Source: an uncultured Pseudomonadota bacterium
Lineage (GTDB): Bacteria > Pseudomonadota > Alphaproteobacteria > JACZXZ01
Direction: 5' to 3'
Assembly (NCBI GenBank): GCA_963749075.1
Contig: CAVVLJ010000016.1
Coordinates: 224,001 to 288,000 of the forward strand
DNA length: 64,000 nucleotides
Shown here piece after piece: positions 18,542-28,629 of this stretch. The notes under the pieces are model-generated. The model saw only the letters and a program-made list of their open reading frames with translations, did no database searches and was not told the origin of the DNA. Within the stretch, counting starts at the first letter, position 1, and each line of letters begins with the position of its first letter. Both the position numbers and the translations under genes were made by a program.

Positions 18542-19682
18542 ATGCGTCCGCTCCTCTCCGCCATCCGCGTCATAGACCTCACCACGGTGGTGCTGGGTCC
18601 CTATGCCACCCTCATCCTCGCCGATCTCGGCGCCGAGGTGATCAAGGTCGAGGCGCCGGGCGGCGAGATTCTGCCGCCACGTCGACGCGGCGCGCCATGC
18701 CGGGATGGGGCCGCTCTTCCTCAATCTCAACCGCAACAAGAAGAGCGTGGTGCTCGACCTCAAGGAGGCCGCCGGCCGCGCAAGCCTGCTCTCGCTCGCG
18801 GCAAGCGCCAACGTCTTCGTCCACAACATGCGTCCGGAGGCCATCGCCAAGCTCGGCATCGGCTACGAGACGCTCTCGGCAGGGAACCCGCGGCTCGTCT
18901 ACTGTGCTGCCTGGGGCTTCGCCGAGGCGGGACCCTACGGCAACCTCCAGGCCTACGACGACGTGGTGCAGGCGGCCTCGGGCCTGGCCGCGCTCAACGC
19001 GGTCGAGGGCGTGCCGCGCTACCTGCCGACCCTCGTCGCCGACAAGGTGACGGGCCTCTATGCCGCGAACGCCATCATGGCGGCCCTCCTCCAGCGCGAG
19101 CGCACGGGCCGCGGCCAGTTCGTCGAGGTGCCCATGCTCGAGTGCCTCACGGCCTTCGTCATGGTCGAGCATCTTTCGGGCGCCACCTTCGAGCCGCCGC
19201 TCGCCCCTCCCGGCTACGGCCGCGTGTTGGCGCCCGAGCGCCGGCCCTACAAGGCCAAGGACGGCTATATCGCCATCCTCCCCTACATGACCGACCATTG
19301 GGTGCGCTTCTTCCGCCACATCGGGCGCGAGGATCTGGCCGCCGACGAGACCGTGCGCGACGCGCAGAAGAGGAGCCGAGCGATCGGCCGGCTCTACGCG
19401 GCGATCGCCGAGGCGGCACCCCGGAAGACGCGCGCCGAATGGTTCGCCGAGCTCAAGGCGCTCGCCATCCCCTGCATGCCGGTCAATACGCTCGAGGAGG
19501 TGCTGGCGGACGCGCATCTCAACGCGGTCGGCGCCTTCGCGCGCGTCGAGCATCCCAGCGAGGGGCCCCTCGTGAGCGTGGACTACCCCGGGCGCTTCTC
19601 CGCGGCGCCATCGTACCCGGACCGCCCGGCAGCGGCCCTCGGCGCCGACAACGAGGAGGTGCTGGGCAAGCGCGGGTCTTAA
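18542..19682 (+). pseudogene. Class III CoA-transferase (CaiB/BaiF), split by a +1 frameshift
   Basis: VIDLTTVVLGPYATLILADLGAEVIKVE in frame 18542; LNRNKKSVVLDLK onward in frame 18705; removing one C at 18674/5 gives GEILRHVDAARHAGMGPLF. Confidence 0.85.
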
Positions 19683-20017
19683 CCCTCCACCAGCTCGCTC
19701 GTCTTCGCCGCCATGATGAAGTCGTTCTCGTGCAGGCCCTTGATCTTCTTGGTCTGCCACGAGATGGTGGCCCAGCCCCAGCCGAAGCCGATGTCGGGAT
19801 GGTGGCCTTCCGCCTCGGAGATGGTGCCGACCTTGGCGACAAAGTCCATGGCGTCGCGGAAGTCCCGGAAGCTGAAGCGCCGCTCGAGGCGGTGGGCGTC
19901 GTCGTAGAGCGTCCAGCCCGGCGTCGCCTTGAGATAGCGCTCGGAGAGTGTCTTGCTGAGCGGCGGGATGCCGCCCTGGCAAGGGATGCAGGACTTGGAC
20001 GCAAGCGTGCTCGTCAT
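19679..20017 (-). CDS. phhB: Pterin-4-alpha-carbinolamine dehydratase
   Basis: CIPCQGG, EAEGHHPDI, GLHENDFIMAAK. Confidence 0.92.
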   Translation of the reverse strand: MTSTLASKSCIPCQGGIPPLSKTLSERYLKATPGWTLYDDAHRLERRFSFRDFRDAMDFVAKVGTISEAEGHHPDIGFGWGWATISWQTKKIKGLHENDFIMAAKTSELVEG

Positions 20018-20101
20018 GGCCTATCCTCCGCTCTCGCCGATGGCGCCGAGCGATATAATGCCGTGCGCGCCGATCGGCCAGCCCCTCGATGCCGCAGCCC
20101 C

Positions 20102-20839
20102 TCAATTGCCGTTAAGCCAGTCGGGGTCGGGCAGCTCCTTGAATACCGTGCGCAGCCCCTCCATCCAGTGGTGGCGCAGCGAGTTGAAGTAGCTGTCGCT
20201 CGCCGAGATGCGGCGCAGCTGGAGCTTGATCGAGCTGCGGCGGTAGATGGCGATGTCGATGGGAAAGCCGACCGAGAGGTTCGAGCGCAGCGTCGAATCC
20301 ATCGAGATGAGCGCGCACTTGGCCGCGGTGACGAGCGGCGTCGAGGGCCGCACGATGCGGTCGATCATCGGCTTGCCGTACTTGGTCTCGCCCATCTGGA
20401 AATAGGGCGTGTCGGCGGTGGCCTCGATGAAGTTGCCCGCCGAGTAGATCTGGTAGAGGTGCATGGTGCCGTCGCGGATCTGGCCGCCCAGGAGGAACGA
20501 CACGTTGTAATCGGTGCCCTCGGCCTTGAGCGCCTCGCCGTCGAGCTTGTAGATCTCGCGCGTGGCAGTGCCCACGAGGCGCGCCGCCTCGAACATGCTG
20601 GGCACGGTGAGGATGCTCTCCTTGCCGCCGTGGTATGTCGTCAATCCCTGGTTGAGCAGCATCATCACCGACTGGGAGACCGCGAGATTGCCGGCGGTAA
20701 GCAGCACGATGACGCGGTCGCCCGGCTCCCACACGGTCATCTTGCGGAAGGTCGCGATATGGTCGACCCCGGCGTGGGTCCGCGAGTCGGACATGAAGAC
20801 CAGCCCCTCGTCGAGCTGGATGGCGACGCAATAGGTCAT
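20102..20839 (-). CDS. Anbu proteasome-type (Ntn-hydrolase) peptidase
   Basis: N-terminal TYCV with Thr1, SDSRTHAGVD, AGNLA, IYSAGNFIEA, QMGETKYGKP, SMDSTLRSNLSVG. Confidence 0.93.
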   Translation of the reverse strand: MTYCVAIQLDEGLVFMSDSRTHAGVDHIATFRKMTVWEPGDRVIVLLTAGNLAVSQSVMMLLNQGLTTYHGGKESILTVPSMFEAARLVGTATREIYKLDGEALKAEGTDYNVSFLLGGQIRDGTMHLYQIYSAGNFIEATADTPYFQMGETKYGKPMIDRIVRPSTPLVTAAKCALISMDSTLRSNLSVGFPIDIAIYRRSSIKLQLRRISASDSYFNSLRHHWMEGLRTVFKELPDPDWLNGN

Positions 20840-20984
20840 CGGCGGCGCTGCTCCCCCTGTGGCGCGGCACCGATCCTAGTGGCAGGCCCGCTCCATGGCA
20901 AACGTCGTGAATCGCAGGCAGTGTCTCAGTTCGAATTTCCGCAAGCGGAGATGAGGTATCGTTCCTCTCCTCCTTCAGCATTCC

Positions 20985-21133
20985 CCCTCTCCTCCTTTAG
21001 GAGGAGAGGGTCGGGGTGAGGAGGTGATTGGGCCAATCGCGTCGAGAGCCGTATGCGCTTGCTGCGCTCGGCCTCCTCACCCTCCCATCCCTTCGGGATG
21101 GGCCCCGCCCTCTCCTCCTAAAGGAGGAGAGGG
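20985..21133. repeat. REP doublet/REPIN-like element, copy D (inverted homolog of copy A)
   Basis: Reverse complement aligns end-to-end with 3624-3773, including the spacer. Confidence 0.88.
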
Positions 21134-21174
21134 GCATGGAGGAGGGAGATCGGCGCCGCTCCAGGCCCGGGCCG

Positions 21175-21462
21175 TCACTTGGTGCTGCTGGCGAGCGCGC
21201 GACCGGCAAGGGTTGCGAGATGCCTGCGCAAGCCGCCGCGAGATTCGAGGGTTCGGTAGCGCCCGGCAGCGAAATCGTCGATCCCGGCCTTGACGGCCTC
21301 TCGGAGGGCCTTCAGCTTGGCCCGATCCTCGGCATCGCGCTGCTCCAGAAGCCGGAGGCCTTCGCGCAGCACCTCGCTTGCATTCTGGTATCGGCCGGAC
21401 GCAACGAGCCGCTCGACCATGTCCGTCTGGCGATCCGTGAGAACGACATTGCGGGTCGGCAT
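21175..21462 (-). CDS. ParD-family (ribbon-helix-helix) antitoxin, orphan
   Basis: MPTRNVVLT..VASGRYQNASEVLREGLRLLE..KLKALREAV..G; no intact ParE downstream. Confidence 0.9.
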   Translation of the reverse strand: MPTRNVVLTDRQTDMVERLVASGRYQNASEVLREGLRLLEQRDAEDRAKLKALREAVKAGIDDFAAGRYRTLESRGGLRRHLATLAGRALASSTK

Positions 21463-21491
21463 CCATGATACTCCGAGGAAGGCCGTGTCGA

Positions 21492-21526
21492 TGGCATATT
21501 ATGCCAATTTCGGCCGGGTTCGCCAA
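21492..21526 (-). promoter_or_regulatory. Antitoxin promoter with autoregulatory operator
   Basis: Minus-strand TTGGCG-N17-CATAAT; perfect palindrome TGGCATA-T-TATGCCA (21492-21506) over the -10. Confidence 0.65.
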
Positions 21527-21555
21527 GCGCAGATTCGCCGGACATGCCCCCTACC

Positions 21556-22503
21556 TCACCCCGGCAGCATGAAATCGCGGCCGATGGCGTTGCCGAGCTC
21601 GATGTTGCGGTCGATGGTCTCGGTGAGGTACTCGTGGAGGCCTTGCGCGAAGATGTCGCGCATGCTGCCGTAGCGCAGGCGCAAGGCGAGGCTGGCGGCG
21701 AGGCGCGTCGATTCGTAGTCGCGGCTGTAGCGCTCGCGCAGCTCGCTCAGCACGCGCTCGATGGAGGACATCGAGGCGTAGAGGCTGCGCGGCATGTCCT
21801 CGCGGAAGATGAGGAGCTCGGCGACGCGCGCCGGCGTGATGGTGTCGCGGAAGATGCGGCGGTAGGCGTTGAGCGCGCTCACCGAGCGTAAGACCGCCGC
21901 CCACTGGTAGTAGTCGACGGCACCCCCCACGTCCTCGGCCGAGGGCAGCAGCACGTGGTACTTGGCGTCGAGGATGCGCGCGGTGGCGTCGGCGCGCTCG
22001 AGGAAGCCGCCGAGCTGCACGAAGCTGAAGGCCTCGTCGCGCTGCATGGTGCCGTAGGCGATGCCGCGGAAGAGGTGGCTGCGCTCCTTGACCCAGTCGA
22101 AGAAGTCCGAGAGCCCGCGCTCGAGGATGCGGCCGTAGTCGAGTCCGTGCATCTCGTGCCAGGTGTCGTTCAGGCTCTCCCACATCTCGGTGGTGATCTG
22201 GGCGCGCATGAAGCGCGCGTTCTCGCGCGCCCACTGCAGCGAGCAGCAGATGCTCGAGCGGTTCTCGGGCGTCAAGGCCAGGTACTCGATGACGCCGTGC
22301 GCGTCGTAGGCGCCGCCGAGCGCCGCATAGGGCCCCTCGCAGCCGGCGATGATGATCGCCGATTCCCACTGCGTGTGGCGGCCGCGCTCGTCTCCGGGCA
22401 AGAGCGACATGCGGTAGGCCACGTCGAGGATGCGCGCCATGGTCTCGGCGCGCTCCATGTAGCGGGCCATCCAGTAGAGGTTGTCGGCCGCCCGGCTCAG
22501 CAT
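21556..22503 (-). CDS. Alpha-E domain protein
   Basis: MLSRAADNLYWMARYMERAE, ARENAR, FLERADATARILD, PRSL. Confidence 0.93.
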   Translation of the reverse strand: MLSRAADNLYWMARYMERAETMARILDVAYRMSLLPGDERGRHTQWESAIIIAGCEGPYAALGGAYDAHGVIEYLALTPENRSSICCSLQWARENARFMRAQITTEMWESLNDTWHEMHGLDYGRILERGLSDFFDWVKERSHLFRGIAYGTMQRDEAFSFVQLGGFLERADATARILDAKYHVLLPSAEDVGGAVDYYQWAAVLRSVSALNAYRRIFRDTITPARVAELLIFREDMPRSLYASMSSIERVLSELRERYSRDYESTRLAASLALRLRYGSMRDIFAQGLHEYLTETIDRNIELGNAIGRDFMLPG

Positions 22504-22509
22504 GCGCGG

Positions 22510-23940
22510 CTAACCTTCCAGCACCCAGGTGTCCTTGGTGCCGCCGCCCTGGCTGGAGTTCACCACGAGCGAGTTCTCGCGCAGCGCCACGCGGGTGAGG
22601 CCGCCCGGCACCACCTTGATCGTGGCACCCGAGAGCACGAAGGGCCTCAAGTCTACGTGGCGCGGTGCGATGCCGCTTTCGACGAAGGTCGGGCAGGTGG
22701 AGAGCGCCAAGGTGGGCTGGGCGATGAACTGCGCCGGTGCTGCCAGGATGCGCAGGCGGTACTCCTCGATCTCCGCCGCCGTGGAGCGCGGGCCGATGAG
22801 CATGCCGTAGCCGCCCGAGCCGTGCACCTCCTTGACCACGAGCTCGTCGAGGTGTGCCAGCGCATAGCCGAGATCGTCGCGCTCGCGCAAGCGCCAGGTC
22901 GGCACATTGTCGAGCAGGGGCTCCTCGCCCAGGTAGAAGCGCACGATCTCCGGCACGTAGGCATAGACCGCCTTGTCGTCGGCGATGCCGGCGCCGACCG
23001 CGTTGGCGAGCGCCACGTTGCCCGCCCGATAGGCAGCGAACAGGCCCGGGCAGCCGAGCACCGATTGCGGATTGAAGACCTGCGGATCGATGAAGGGGTC
23101 GTCGATGCGGCGGTAGATCACGTCGATGCGCTGCAGCCCGGCCGCCGTGCGCATATAGACCCTGTGGTCCCTGGCCACGAGGTCCTGCCCCTCGACCAGC
23201 TCGATGCCCATCTGCTCGGCGAGGAAGACATGCTCGAAGTAGGCGCTGTTGTAGGAGCCCGGCGTGAGCAGCGCCACCGTCGGGTCGGAGCCGCAATGGG
23301 CCGGCGCCACCGAGCGCAGCATCTTCAGGAGCTCGTCCGGATAGTGGCCGACGGGAGCTATGCGGTGGCGCGCGAAAAGCTCGGGGAAGAGGCGCATCAT
23401 CACCTCGCGGTCCTCGAGCATGTAGGAGACGCCCGACGGCGTGCGCAGGTTGTCCTCGAGCACGTAGAACTGCCGCTCGCCCGTGCGCACCACGTCGATG
23501 CCGGCGACATGGGTATAGACCCCGTGGGGCAGCGCCACCCCCTCCATCTCGGGGCGGTACTGGGTGTTCTTCAGCACGAGGTCCTCGGGCACCAGGCCCG
23601 CGCGCAGGATCTCCCGCTTGCCGTAGACGTCGGCGATGAAGAGGTTGATGGCCTTCACGCGCTGCGTGAGGCCCGCCTCGAGGAAGTGCCACTCCTCGGC
23701 GGAGAGCACGCGCGGGATGATGTCGAAGGGGATGAGACGCTCCACGTCGCCGCCCTCGCCATAGACGGCGAAGGTAATACCGAGGCGGCGGAAGATGAGA
23801 TCGGCCTCGCGGCGCTTGAGCTCGAGCGTCTCGCGGGGCGTGCGCGCGAGCCAGTCAGCTAATCCGCGATAGGGCGGGCGCACGGCCGCGTCGCCACCGC
23901 GCATCTCGTCGAAGGTCGTGACGGCGTCGGACGCAGCGAT
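22510..23940 (-). CDS. Circularly permuted type 2 ATP-grasp protein (probable ATC start at 23940; first ATG at 23904)
   Basis: GITFAVYG, IPFDIIPR, LEDNLRTPSGVSY, IYRRIDD, VKEVHGSGGYGML, HVDLRPF, VVNSSQGGGTKDTWVL. Confidence 0.93.
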   Translation of the reverse strand: MAASDAVTTFDEMRGGDAAVRPPYRGLADWLARTPRETLELKRREADLIFRRLGITFAVYGEGGDVERLIPFDIIPRVLSAEEWHFLEAGLTQRVKAINLFIADVYGKREILRAGLVPEDLVLKNTQYRPEMEGVALPHGVYTHVAGIDVVRTGERQFYVLEDNLRTPSGVSYMLEDREVMMRLFPELFARHRIAPVGHYPDELLKMLRSVAPAHCGSDPTVALLTPGSYNSAYFEHVFLAEQMGIELVEGQDLVARDHRVYMRTAAGLQRIDVIYRRIDDPFIDPQVFNPQSVLGCPGLFAAYRAGNVALANAVGAGIADDKAVYAYVPEIVRFYLGEEPLLDNVPTWRLRERDDLGYALAHLDELVVKEVHGSGGYGMLIGPRSTAAEIEEYRLRILAAPAQFIAQPTLALSTCPTFVESGIAPRHVDLRPFVLSGATIKVVPGGLTRVALRENSLVVNSSQGGGTKDTWVLEG

Positions 23941-24167
23941 GGCGAAGCCTCCCAGCGCTCGGCCGGCTTGGCGCCGGTCCCCGCCTCAAGTCGAGCAAGT
24001 TCCATACCATAGCGCAAGGAGTTCGGTCGCCGCCGCCGCCGCCGCCGGGCCCCAGTCCCGGGTCATGCAGCAATTTGCAATGCCTATTTTTTAGGCAGTT
24101 TTGACCTCGCCGAGGCCTCCGTCGCGCCTCTATCTACGGCACCGCGGAAATTTTTTGCGAAATATCC

Positions 24168-24195
24168 CTTGAACGCTTCACCGCCTTACCTAAAT
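24168..24195 (+). promoter_or_regulatory. RpoH (sigma32)-type promoter of groESL
   Basis: CTTG-N17-CCTAAAT, close to the alphaproteobacterial CTTG-N17-CYTATNT consensus, just upstream of CIRCE. Confidence 0.6.
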
Positions 24196-24204
24196 TAGAA
24201 CTGC

Positions 24205-24231
24205 TTGGCACTCATCACACAGGAGTGCTAA
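24205..24231 (+). promoter_or_regulatory. CIRCE element (HrcA operator)
   Basis: TTGGCACTC-N9-GAGTGCTAA, one mismatch to TTAGCACTC-N9-GAGTGCTAA. Confidence 0.93.
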
Positions 24232-24276
24232 CAAACAGGGTTTTGGCAAACATTTCAAACTCTTGGAGGAGCAGCC

Positions 24277-24591
24277 ATGAAATTCAGGCCGCTGCATGAT
24301 CGTGTGGTGGTGCGCCGCGTCGAGCAGGAGGCAAAATCGGCGGGCGGCATCATCATTCCCGACACTGCGAAGGAGAAGCCGATGGAGGGCGAGATCGTCG
24401 CCGCCGGTCCGGGTGCGCGCAACGAGAAGGGCGAGCTCGTCCCGCTCGATGTCAAGGCCGGCGATCACATTCTCTTCGGCAAGTGGTCGGGCACCGAGGT
24501 GAAGATGGACGGCGAGGAGCTCCTGATCATGAAGGAGTCCAACGTCATGGGCATTATCGAGAGATCCAAGTCGGCCAGGCGGGCCGCTTAG
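24277..24591 (+). CDS. groES: Co-chaperonin GroES
   Basis: [35 protein letters not shown]. Confidence 0.98.
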   Translation: MKFRPLHDRVVVRRVEQEAKSAGGIIIPDTAKEKPMEGEIVAAGPGARNEKGELVPLDVKAGDHILFGKWSGTEVKMDGEELLIMKESNVMGIIERSKSARRAA

Positions 24592-24603
24592 GGAGGAGAG
24601 TAG

Positions 24604-26247
<1,644 letters not shown>

Positions 26248-26276
26248 GCCCAAGCGACACGCGACGGATTGCGACC

Positions 26277-26312
26277 GGGGGCCGCTCGAACGAGCGGCCC
26301 CCTTCTTCTTGC
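26277..26312 (+). terminator. Intrinsic terminator after groEL
   Basis: GGGGGCCGCTCG-AA-CGAGCGGCCCCC followed by TTCTTCTT. Confidence 0.75.
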
Positions 26313-26433
26313 TTCTTGCGAGAAGAAATGCGGCCGCTCCTTGAGCGGCTCCCTCCTTGCGTAGAGAGCGGCCGCATCGCCACGTGGCGCGTATCGCATT
26401 GCGCGGCCGAACTCGCACGCGCATCATTCGCCG

Positions 26434-27354
26434 ATGGCAAGGCCGGAGCTGCCGCACGACCAGGGCGATCTCTTCCGCGCCGCCGCGGAGGCGTGGCGGC
26501 CGCCGTCCGCGCAGGAGCAATCCCACGGGGACAGGGAGACGCTCGACCACGAGAGGCTGGCCGCGCTCGGCGATGAGGATGTTCTCCTCTGGCTCGAGCG
26601 CAGCCTGGAGCCCGGCCGCCCGATGGCGACGCGCCTGGCCTTGATCGAGGAAGCCGGGCGCCGCCGGCTCGCCGCGGCAAGGCCCAGCCTCATGTTGATG
26701 ATCCGGCTGCTCTCCGCAATCGACCGCGCCGGGCCGACGCCCGAGGTGGCGCTCGCCATTGCGGCGCTGGGCTTGATCGATGCGCGCGGGGCATGCCCCG
26801 AGCTCGGCAGCCTCTTGCTGAAAGGGGAATACTCGCCCGCGACTTGGCGCGCGATCCTTGAGCTCCACCGCACTGCAGGCGTCCGTCCCGCGGCGGAGCT
26901 GCTTGCCCGCGCCTTCGCTCTCGGCGACCGCGGCGCGGCAGCCGCCGCGGCCCGCCTCGCCGGCATCGGCCAAATGAGGGGCTTTCTCGGCACCCTGCGC
27001 GCGCTTCTCGACGGGCCGTCGCCCGAGGGGAGGGCAGCGGCCGCTGTCGCCCTCGGATTGTTGGGCGACCGCTCGGTCAAGGCGTTCCTCGAGAGCGCCC
27101 TCAGCCAGGCGTCGTCGCCGTTCGACCGCGATTTGCTGGATGCGCTCGGCCGCATCGGCGACCGCGAGACCATCGTGCTCGTCCGCAAGCTCCTGCGACG
27201 CTCCCCTGGCGAGGACGACGCCGTGGCGCTGCTCGGCGTCGCAGCCGAAATCGGCGGACCGCTTGCCCTCCGCCTCATGGGCGAGACTGCGGCCTCGTCT
27301 CCATGGCCGGCTGTGCGGGCTGCCGCCGTGGAGCTGCTGAGCGAGCGGCCGTAG
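26434..27354 (+). CDS. HEAT/PBS-lyase-like repeat protein
   Basis: Repeated A..ALG.IG helical motifs (AAAAVALGLLGD, DALGRIGD, VRAAAVELL). Confidence 0.7.
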   Translation: MARPELPHDQGDLFRAAAEAWRPPSAQEQSHGDRETLDHERLAALGDEDVLLWLERSLEPGRPMATRLALIEEAGRRRLAAARPSLMLMIRLLSAIDRAGPTPEVALAIAALGLIDARGACPELGSLLLKGEYSPATWRAILELHRTAGVRPAAELLARAFALGDRGAAAAAARLAGIGQMRGFLGTLRALLDGPSPEGRAAAAVALGLLGDRSVKAFLESALSQASSPFDRDLLDALGRIGDRETIVLVRKLLRRSPGEDDAVALLGVAAEIGGPLALRLMGETAASSPWPAVRAAAVELLSERP

Positions 27355-27465
27355 CGGGCGGCCTTGGGAGATCCTTAGATGCCGTCTCTCGCAAGCGGCA
27401 GATCGGCGTGCTAGACCGGCTGTCGTCGGCCGCAACGGGCCGGCGGCGAGGAAAGGACATCCGGG

Positions 27466-28629
27466 ATGCTGCCATCGCAACGCGCGCTCTTCGATATCCC
27501 GCGCGAGGTCTGCTACCTCAACGCCGCGTCCTGGAGCCCGCTGCCGCTCGTGGCGCAGGAGGCGGGACGCATTGGTGCTGCGCGCAAGGGGCAGCCCTGG
27601 AAGCTCGATGCCGAGTTCGCCCAGCGCCAGCACGAGCGCGCGAGGAGTGCGGCGGCGCGGCTCATCAATGCGGATCCCGGCGACGTGGCGGTGATCTCCT
27701 CCGTCGGCTACGGCGTCGCCACGGCCGGGAAGCTCTTGAGCCTGCCGCGCGGCTCCCGCGTTCTCCTGTTGCAGGACGACCACTCCTCGCCGGTCCTCGA
27801 GTGGCTCACGCGGGCGCCGGAAGGGGGCTTCATCGTCGAGGCGGTGGCGCGGCCGGAAGACGGAGACTGGACCGCGGCCCTGCTCGCGGCGATCGCGCGC
27901 CCGGCAGCACCGCCGGTCTCGCTCGCCTCGATCTCCTCGGTGCACTGGTCGGACGGCGGGGCGGTCGATCTCGCTGCCGTCGCCGCGGCGCTGAGGGCGG
28001 AGGGTGCGGCGCTCCTCGTCGATGCCACCCACGGCGCAGGCGTCATGGCGCTCGACGTACGCACCCTCGATCCCGACTTCCTCGTCTTCCCCACCTACAA
28101 GTGGGTGCTCGGCCCCTACGGCCGCGCCTTCCTCTACGTCGCCAAGCGCCGCCAGGAGGGCGTGCCGCTCGAGCAGACGAGCTACGGGCGCCGTGCCGTC
28201 ACAGCCGAGCGCACGCCCTATCTCGGCGACACGGCCTACGTCAGCCATGCGCGGCGCTTCGACATGGGCGAGCGCGACCATTTCATCTCGCTCGAGATGG
28301 CATCGATCGGCATGGAGATGGTGGCAGCCTGGGGTGCTGAGGCGATCGTCGCGCGCCTCGCCATGCTGACCGAGCGGCTGGCCGGGGGCCTGGCCAATGC
28401 GGGCGTCCTCGTCCCGGATGCGCGCGTCCGGGCACCGCACATCCTCAGCCTGCGCTTCCCCAAGGGCCTGCCCGACGGTCTTGCCGAGAGCCTTGCCGAG
28501 GAGAGCGTCTACGCGGCATCCCGCCTCGGACGCCTCCGCATCAGCCCCCACGTCTATAACGACGAGGACGACGTGGACCGCTTCCTCGAGGTCTTCCGCA
28601 CGGCGCTCAGGCGGCTTCCTTCGCCTTGA
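27466..28629 (+). CDS. Aminotransferase class V PLP enzyme (cysteine desulfurase/selenocysteine lyase-like)
   Basis: YLNAAS, VDATHGAG, PTYKWVLGPYG (PLP Lys), LRISPHVYN. Confidence 0.9.
   Translation: MLPSQRALFDIPREVCYLNAASWSPLPLVAQEAGRIGAARKGQPWKLDAEFAQRQHERARSAAARLINADPGDVAVISSVGYGVATAGKLLSLPRGSRVLLLQDDHSSPVLEWLTRAPEGGFIVEAVARPEDGDWTAALLAAIARPAAPPVSLASISSVHWSDGGAVDLAAVAAALRAEGAALLVDATHGAGVMALDVRTLDPDFLVFPTYKWVLGPYGRAFLYVAKRRQEGVPLEQTSYGRRAVTAERTPYLGDTAYVSHARRFDMGERDHFISLEMASIGMEMVAAWGAEAIVARLAMLTERLAGGLANAGVLVPDARVRAPHILSLRFPKGLPDGLAESLAEESVYAASRLGRLRISPHVYNDEDDVDRFLEVFRTALRRLPSP

Noticed and set aside
18542-21019. 825-aa ORF
   Set aside because: Only the first ~44 codons are CoA-transferase; the rest is out-of-frame read-through and antisense to phhB/Anbu.
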